Assembly: GCA_965232515.1 (NCBI GenBank)
Contig: CBDDPY010000002.1
Location: forward strand, 4,992,001-5,056,000
Reading direction: 5' to 3'
Source: Alphaproteobacteria bacterium
GTDB taxonomy: Bacteria > Pseudomonadota > Alphaproteobacteria > GCA-2731375
Length of the DNA: 64,000 nucleotides
Shown: positions 58,490-64,000 of the stretch, piece after piece
How positions within the stretch are numbered: position 1 is the first letter of the stretch
How the letters are laid out: every line of letters begins with the position of its first letter
The notes under the pieces: model-generated
Seen by the model: only the letters and a program-made list of their open reading frames with translations
What the model was told of the DNA's origin: nothing
The model's database searches: none
Translations under genes and position numbers: made by a program

Positions 58490-59131
58490 ATGAACATCAT
58501 CGTATTTGGCGCAAGCGGCGACGTCGGATGCCGCATCGTGGCCGAAGCCCTGGTGCGGGAACACGACGTCACGGCCGTTGTCCGACGGGAAACGCAGGTG
58601 CAAACGCTGCCGACGTCGGCGACCGTGCGTATTGCCGATGCGGCGCGTACCGAACGGGTTGCTGAATTGATGGCGGGCCATGATCTCGCGATCAGCGCGC
58701 TCAGGCCGCCTGACGGCCAGGAAGAAACGCTCGTCGCGTTGACCCGATCCGTGCTGCGGGCCGCCGCGCTGTCCGGTCTGCGCATCATCGTCGTTGGCGG
58801 CGCGGCCAGCCTGACAATGCCGGACCGAAAAGGCCACACCGTTCTGACCGCGCCCGGGTTCCTGCCCCAGGCCGTGGTGCCGATCGCGACGGCGTGTCAG
58901 GCGCAATACGACCTGATCGCGGCCGAGCGCCATGCCGACTGGTCCTATCTCTGTCCGCCCGCTTTGCTGACCCCCGGCATGCGCACGGGCCGCTATCGCC
59001 TCGGTTCGGACGTCCTGGTGGTCGACGCCGACGGCGGCTCGGCGATCTCGATGGAGGATTTCGCCGTCGCGCTGATCGACGAGGCCGAGGCGCCGCGACA
59101 CCGGCAGGCGCGGTTCACCGTCGCCCATTGA
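58490..59131 (+). CDS. NAD(P)-binding oxidoreductase (YwnB/flavin reductase-like atypical SDR)
   Basis: GASGDVG, VGGAASL, W.Y.CP, G.RTG.YR, IS.EDFA.A. Confidence 0.85.
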   Translation: MNIIVFGASGDVGCRIVAEALVREHDVTAVVRRETQVQTLPTSATVRIADAARTERVAELMAGHDLAISALRPPDGQEETLVALTRSVLRAAALSGLRIIVVGGAASLTMPDRKGHTVLTAPGFLPQAVVPIATACQAQYDLIAAERHADWSYLCPPALLTPGMRTGRYRLGSDVLVVDADGGSAISMEDFAVALIDEAEAPRHRQARFTVAH

Positions 59132-59160
59132 CGCATTGCCCGTAAGAACAGGAGACAACC

Positions 59161-59838
59161 ATGTCCACGCACAACGGCCAAGACACCGTCGAGATCGTTC
59201 CGACGCACCGCGCGCCACGGGACGCCGGCGACAGGATTGCGTTCGCGTTCGTCAAGGCGTTGCGCTTTGCCGCGGATCGCTTTTTCGCTCAGCGCTACGG
59301 GCATCGCGCGGTCGTGCTGGAAACGGTCGCCGCCGTGCCGGGCATGGTCGGCGGCCTGCTCCAGCATCTGTCGGCGCTGCGGCATATCCGCGACGATCGC
59401 GGCTGGATTCGCGAGCTTCTGGCCGAGGCCGAGAACGAGCGGATGCATCTGATGACCTTCGTGCAGATTGCCCAGCCGACGGTGCTCGAGCGGCTGGTCA
59501 TCATGGCCACCCAGGCCGTGTTCTATAATTTCTATTTCTTCCTCTATCTGTTCGCGCCCAAGACCGCGCACCGGGTCGTGGGTTATTTCGAGGAGGAAGC
59601 CGTCGCCAGCTATACCCACTTCCTCGCCCAGATCGACGCCGGCGCGCAGGCCAACGTGCCAGCCCCGCCGATCGCCATCGACTACTGGGGCTTGGCTCCC
59701 GACGCGACGTTGCGCGATGTCGTGCTGGCAGTGCGCGCGGACGAAGCCGGCCATCGCGACCGCAATCACGGCTTTGCCGACAGCCTGAAACGGGGTGATC
59801 GCCCCATTGGCGCCGGCCAAACCGCCGCCATGCGATAG
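59161..59838 (+). CDS. aox: Alternative (ubiquinol) oxidase
   Basis: Di-iron motifs LETVAAVPGMV, EAENERMHL, GYFEEEA..SY, RADEAGH; AGGAG RBS. Confidence 0.95.
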   Translation: MSTHNGQDTVEIVPTHRAPRDAGDRIAFAFVKALRFAADRFFAQRYGHRAVVLETVAAVPGMVGGLLQHLSALRHIRDDRGWIRELLAEAENERMHLMTFVQIAQPTVLERLVIMATQAVFYNFYFFLYLFAPKTAHRVVGYFEEEAVASYTHFLAQIDAGAQANVPAPPIAIDYWGLAPDATLRDVVLAVRADEAGHRDRNHGFADSLKRGDRPIGAGQTAAMR

Positions 59839-59947
59839 GGGCGGACGCCGCCAATCCCGCCGTCGGCCATTCGTCGCTTTTGCCGGCGCGATTACGCACC
59901 GATTCCCGCCGATCGCCGCGCCGACCGGACGCAGGGGCGCGGTTGGC

Positions 59948-61342
59948 CTAAAGGAACAGACCGGTACTGGTCGGTGGAGTCGCGAGCAGCGTTGCAATGG
60001 TCTCCAAGCCGAGCCGGAGCCGGCTCTCGTCGGGCTCGTGGCTGAGACAGAGCCGGACGGCATTCGGCGCGGCGGCCGGGTTCGCCGCAAACGCCGCGCC
60101 CTCGGTGATCATAACGTTGCGGCGCTTTGCCTCGGCGCGAAACGCGTCCGCTTTCCAGCGTTTGGGCAACGCCAGCCAGAGGTGAAGTCCGTAGGCGTCG
60201 GCGGCGAACGTATGGTCGCCGAGTATGGATCGAGCAAGCCTTTGCCGGCGTGACGCCGTTTGACGTTGCTGCTCGGTCAGGACGTCGGCGCTGCCGTCCA
60301 GGATCCACCGCGTCGCGATCTCCGTCATCAGCGGCGCGGTCATCCAGCAGGTCAGGTTGACGGCGTCGCGCACCGCCGCCGCGATTCCGGCCGGTGCGCG
60401 CACGAATCCCACCCTCAGCCCCGGCGCGATGCACTTGGACGTGCTGGTGATGAAGATCGCCCTGTCCGGGGCGAAGGTCGTGATGGGCGGCGGGGCGGCC
60501 GGCTTCAACAGACCAAACACATCGTCCTCGATCAGCACGATGTCGTGCCGTCGCGCGATCCCGGCGATATCGCGGCGCCGGTCTTCCGTCATGGTGACGG
60601 TGGTTGGCGATTGCAGCGTCGGGGTGACGTAGAGCGCGTTCGCGCCGCTCGATTTGCAGAGATCCGAGAGGGCGTCGGGACGGAGGCCGCCTTCGTCCAT
60701 CGCCACCGTCGCGAGCTTCAGACCCAACCGTTCGGCCATCACCCGGACCGGCGCATACGAGAGCGCTTCGACAAGCAGCAGATCGCCGGGCTGCGAGATC
60801 GCCATCAGTGCGCAGAAGATGCCGTGCTGCGCGCCGTTGGTGATTACGACCTCGTCCTCGCCCGTCACGATGCCGGCGCGGCCGAGCCAGGACAGGGCGG
60901 CCTGCGTGTGGCGCGACGGATCGCCATCTGTCTGATAGTCCAGCAACGTCCGCAGATCTCCGCCCCGCCGCAGTTCGGCAAGCGCGCGATCGAGGTGCCG
61001 TGCCGCCGGTCCGGGCGCCGGAAGATTGCGCGACAGGTCGATCGGGCCGGACGTGGCGCGTCGCAGGTCGGCGCTCTGTCCGAGCGGCGACGGCGCGCCG
61101 GGTGCGCGAACGAAGGTCCCCCGCCCGACCTCGCCGACCAGCAGGGACCGGTTCACGCCTTCCGCGTAGGCCCGGCTGGTGGTGTTGGGCGACATGCCGA
61201 GCGCGTAGGCGAGCTCGCGGTGCGGCGGCAGCCGTGCGCCCGCCGCGAGGACCCCCGACGCGATGTCGTCCGACAGCGCGTCGACGATCTGCAGGTATTT
61301 CGGGCCGCGCCGGCCCGCGAGGTCGGGGGTCCAAATTGCCAT
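59948..61342 (-). CDS. MocR/GabR-type regulator (GntR HTH + PLP aminotransferase domain)
   Basis: RLPPHRELA..LG...T..RAY, VGRGTFV, GAQHG, EDDV, SK.IAPGLRVG. Confidence 0.92.
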   Translation of the reverse strand: MAIWTPDLAGRRGPKYLQIVDALSDDIASGVLAAGARLPPHRELAYALGMSPNTTSRAYAEGVNRSLLVGEVGRGTFVRAPGAPSPLGQSADLRRATSGPIDLSRNLPAPGPAARHLDRALAELRRGGDLRTLLDYQTDGDPSRHTQAALSWLGRAGIVTGEDEVVITNGAQHGIFCALMAISQPGDLLLVEALSYAPVRVMAERLGLKLATVAMDEGGLRPDALSDLCKSSGANALYVTPTLQSPTTVTMTEDRRRDIAGIARRHDIVLIEDDVFGLLKPAAPPPITTFAPDRAIFITSTSKCIAPGLRVGFVRAPAGIAAAVRDAVNLTCWMTAPLMTEIATRWILDGSADVLTEQQRQTASRRQRLARSILGDHTFAADAYGLHLWLALPKRWKADAFRAEAKRRNVMITEGAAFAANPAAAPNAVRLCLSHEPDESRLRLGLETIATLLATPPTSTGLFL

Positions 61343-61406
61343 CAGTGCAATGTTTCGCTTTTTGCCCTCATTTTAAGGATGCAAAATCGAGAAATAACAG
61401 TGCAAT
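61343..61406. promoter_or_regulatory. CAGTGCAAT direct repeat, candidate MocR binding sites
   Basis: Exact 9-mer at 61343 and 61398 in the AT-rich divergent spacer. Confidence 0.45.
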
Positions 61407-61428
61407 TTCTGAGCGCAGAGTCAATGCG

Positions 61429-62397
61429 ATGGCGGGCACCAGGACAGGAACCGGGATCTCCCTCGCCGTCGTGTGCCTCATTATTCTGGGCCTTATGCCG
61501 GTGATATCGAACAGCCGGCCCGACGATTTCGGCGCGCTCGGTTTCGCGTTCTTCCTGTCCGTCTGGCAAGTCGTCTTCGCCCTGCCGCTCTTCGTCCGCG
61601 AGCTTCGATCGGACGACAAGGGCATCTTCCAGGCCGCGTTCGCGCCGGCGGAGAAGCGGCGCGTCATTCTGGTCGCGCTCCTCACCGGGTCCATGTTCGC
61701 GCTGTCGACCTATCTCTATGTCGTCGGCGTCGAGCGAGCGGGGGCGGTAAGCGCCGCGATCGCAATCCAGGCCTATCCGCTCTTCGCCATCCTCGTGGAA
61801 ACGCTGTATCTCAAGCGGCGCAAGACCGCCGTCGAGCTGACGTTGACGGCGGTCTTGATCGGCGCGCTCTACTACCTGGGCACCGGCGGAACCGGCGTGA
61901 TCGAGGGCCTGTCGCCATGGTTCTTCGCCGCCCTCGGGGTGCCGTTCCTGTGGAGCATCGCCCATGTCATGATCAAGGAAGAGCTGGGCCGCACGCCTAT
62001 AACGCCGGCACAGGTGACCTTCTTCCGGGTCGCGGTCTCGGCGGGCCTGCTGGGGCTCGTTCTCGCCGCGACCGAACCGGCGGCCTTCGTCACAGCAGTC
62101 CGGCGCGCGGATTTCCAGACCTTCGCGATGATCATGGGGCTGGTCTACTATCTCGAGCTCATCGTCTGGTTTTACGCGGTCCGTCATATCGACGTGTCGC
62201 TTGCCAGTTCGATCACCACGCCCTGGCCCGCCCTGACCATGCTGCTCGCCGTGGTCTTTCTCGGCGACCGGATCGAAGCCTATCAAATCGGCGCCTTTAT
62301 CGCCGTGGTGGCCTGCATCTACGGCTTGATGATCGCCAGCATTCGGAAGGAGCGGGCCCGAGCGGCGGATTCCGCCGGTCTCTCCGGCCGGCCGTAA
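61429..62397 (+). CDS. DMT/EamA family transporter
   Basis: About 10 TM segments; divergent from the MocR regulator. Confidence 0.85.
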   Translation: MAGTRTGTGISLAVVCLIILGLMPVISNSRPDDFGALGFAFFLSVWQVVFALPLFVRELRSDDKGIFQAAFAPAEKRRVILVALLTGSMFALSTYLYVVGVERAGAVSAAIAIQAYPLFAILVETLYLKRRKTAVELTLTAVLIGALYYLGTGGTGVIEGLSPWFFAALGVPFLWSIAHVMIKEELGRTPITPAQVTFFRVAVSAGLLGLVLAATEPAAFVTAVRRADFQTFAMIMGLVYYLELIVWFYAVRHIDVSLASSITTPWPALTMLLAVVFLGDRIEAYQIGAFIAVVACIYGLMIASIRKERARAADSAGLSGRP

Positions 62398-62599
62398 AGG
62401 CCGTCAAGCCAGACGTTCGAGCGGCCGGCATCCTACTGACAGGCCGTTGGCAGTTGGGTTGGTGTAAGGGTTCCGACGCACCCAGGCCGCGGCTTGCGTT
62501 CGACGGTGACCGCCAAGCGGGCAACCGCCGCCGCCGCGCGAATGGCCGACATCGCGTTACCGTCGCCGGGAACGTTTTATGACAAGGAAAGGACCTGTT

Positions 62600-63229
62600 G
62601 TGAGAGTACTGCATATCGACGCGAGCGTCCGCGCGGACGGCTCGGCGTCGCGGCGTCTGTCGGCGCATTTCGTTCGGGAACTGGCGGGCAATGGCGTGGA
62701 GCTTGAGATCGATCGGCTCGATCTCGTCGAGTCGCCGCCGCGCCACTTCGGTCCGGCACAGACGGACGCCACCTATGTGCCGATCGAGGCGCATTCGGCC
62801 GAGATGACGGCGGCGCTGGCGGAGTCGGATCTGCTCTGCGACCGCGTGCTCGCGGCGGACGCCATCGTCTGCGGCGTGCCGATCTACAATTTCGGCATGC
62901 CATCGGCCTTCAAGGCGTTCATCGACCATATCGTCCGGCGCGGGCGCACGTTCGACTACACCGACCGGGGCCTCGTCGGTCATCTCGCGGGCAGGAAGGC
63001 GGCGTTCCTGATCGTGTCCGGCGGCGATTATCGGCCGGGCGCCATGTTCGAGGGCATGGACGGCCTGACGCCGCATCTGAAGGCCATCTTCGCGTTCCTG
63101 GGCCTGACCGATCCCGACATCATCAACGCCCAGCCGATGCAGTTCGAAGGTCCGGCCGCGAAGGAAAAGGCGCTCAACGACGCCGAAGCCGCCGCGACTG
63201 CGCTCGCCAAGGCCTGGTCGGCGCCCTGA
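62600..63229 (+). CDS. azoR: FMN-dependent NADH-azoreductase
   Basis: LHIDAS.R...S.SRRL, P.YNFG.PS..KA.ID...R.G.TF.Y. Confidence 0.88.
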   Translation: MRVLHIDASVRADGSASRRLSAHFVRELAGNGVELEIDRLDLVESPPRHFGPAQTDATYVPIEAHSAEMTAALAESDLLCDRVLAADAIVCGVPIYNFGMPSAFKAFIDHIVRRGRTFDYTDRGLVGHLAGRKAAFLIVSGGDYRPGAMFEGMDGLTPHLKAIFAFLGLTDPDIINAQPMQFEGPAAKEKALNDAEAAATALAKAWSAP

Positions 63230-63576
63230 CGGCCTGGATCTCGTGGATGGTCCCGAAGCCGGCGCGTTCGTGGCGGGAACTGTTGAGCGGGTCCGCAGAC
63301 GCGAGACAGGCGATCGGGCCGTCGGCGCTCCCGCCTGACCGGCGGCGTGCATCCGCCGAACGGCATCGGGACGGTCGCGGTTGTTCTCGATCGTGGCGAC
63401 GATGTTCCGCGACGGTCGTTCGGCGGGCTTCGGGCGCTTGACGAGTACCGGGTGGGTTGCACGAGCGCGCGCATCCGACATATAAGCCTCCTGTCCTCCT
63501 GGGGGATACGGAACGCGGCAGGACGACGGATTCAGCCGCCCGGTCGCTGTTGTCAGGAATGCGCGTACGGTCGTTG

Positions 63577-63957
63577 ATGTTGACGCGTTGCCGCCGCAGT
63601 CGGATTTTTCACCTCGCGCTCGCCCTTGCGATGACGCTCTCCATGCTGTTGGCGCCTGCCGCCCACGCCGCCTCGCACAACCCGGTCGCTCTCGCCCATG
63701 CCGAGATCGAGCGTCATGCCGTGCTGACGCACGCGGATACCGACCACGGGCACGGCCATGAAGACGGCTGGCCCGCCGAACGGCACGCCGGCCATGCGCA
63801 TGGGCACAACCCGGCCGATCACTCGCACGATGTCCCGGCGCCGGTCGCATTCGCGGGCTGCGCCTTTCCGATCTTCGCCGGCGCGTGGCTGCCGGTGGCG
63901 CCGCGCTCGCATGACTGCGGCCCGTCCTTTGGCATAGAACGTCCGCCGCGCATCTGA
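63577..63957 (+). CDS. His-rich small secreted protein (DUF2946/CzcI-like)
   Basis: Signal-like segment, HGHGHE...HAGHAHGHNPADHSHD, terminal ERPPR. Confidence 0.7.
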   Translation: MLTRCRRSRIFHLALALAMTLSMLLAPAAHAASHNPVALAHAEIERHAVLTHADTDHGHGHEDGWPAERHAGHAHGHNPADHSHDVPAPVAFAGCAFPIFAGAWLPVAPRSHDCGPSFGIERPPRI

Positions 63958-64000
63958 GGTAACGCCACCGGCGTCGCCCCTGCGCGGGCACTTTCTGCAA

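Noticed and set aside
220-64000. Many long antisense or alternative-frame ORFs (e.g. 220-1923, 2022-4172, 21621-24374, 48467-50881, 62297-64000)
   Set aside because: They overlap motif-supported genes, are Arg/Gly/Ala/Pro-rich and are expected shadows of high GC3.
1-64000. CRISPR arrays, tRNA/rRNA, IS/transposase, prophage or retroelement genes
   Set aside because: No regularly spaced repeats or diagnostic motifs were seen by eye.

Overview
High-GC alphaproteobacterial-type chromosomal window, densely packed with accessory metabolic, transport and regulatory genes. I saw no rRNA, tRNA, CRISPR array or transposase. Family calls come from motifs and remembered reference sequences; no searches were run. 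The best candidate for an undescribed system is an operon of overlapping genes at 12943-20527 (minus strand). It encodes four ATP-grasp paralogues whose C-terminal motifs resemble eukaryotic inositol-phosphate kinase ITPK1 (D[VI]N.FPG[YF].GV) more than RimK, a mannitol-1-phosphate-dehydrogenase-like enzyme, an MFS transporter and an AlgE-like outer-membrane barrel, preceded by PhoB-box-like repeats. This suggests a phosphate-regulated polyol/inositol-phosphate pathway. Other highlights: an acetylene-hydratase-like Mo/W enzyme with an altered substrate pocket; an AAC(3)-IV (apramycin-resistance)-like acetyltransferase; an alternative oxidase at the end of a PecS/PecM operon with two perfect operators; a serine hydrolase-tandem-repeat gene split by one in-frame TAG; a caspase-like/FGE protein bracketed by REP-like doublets; two decayed genes; and several small ORFs missed by the ORF track.
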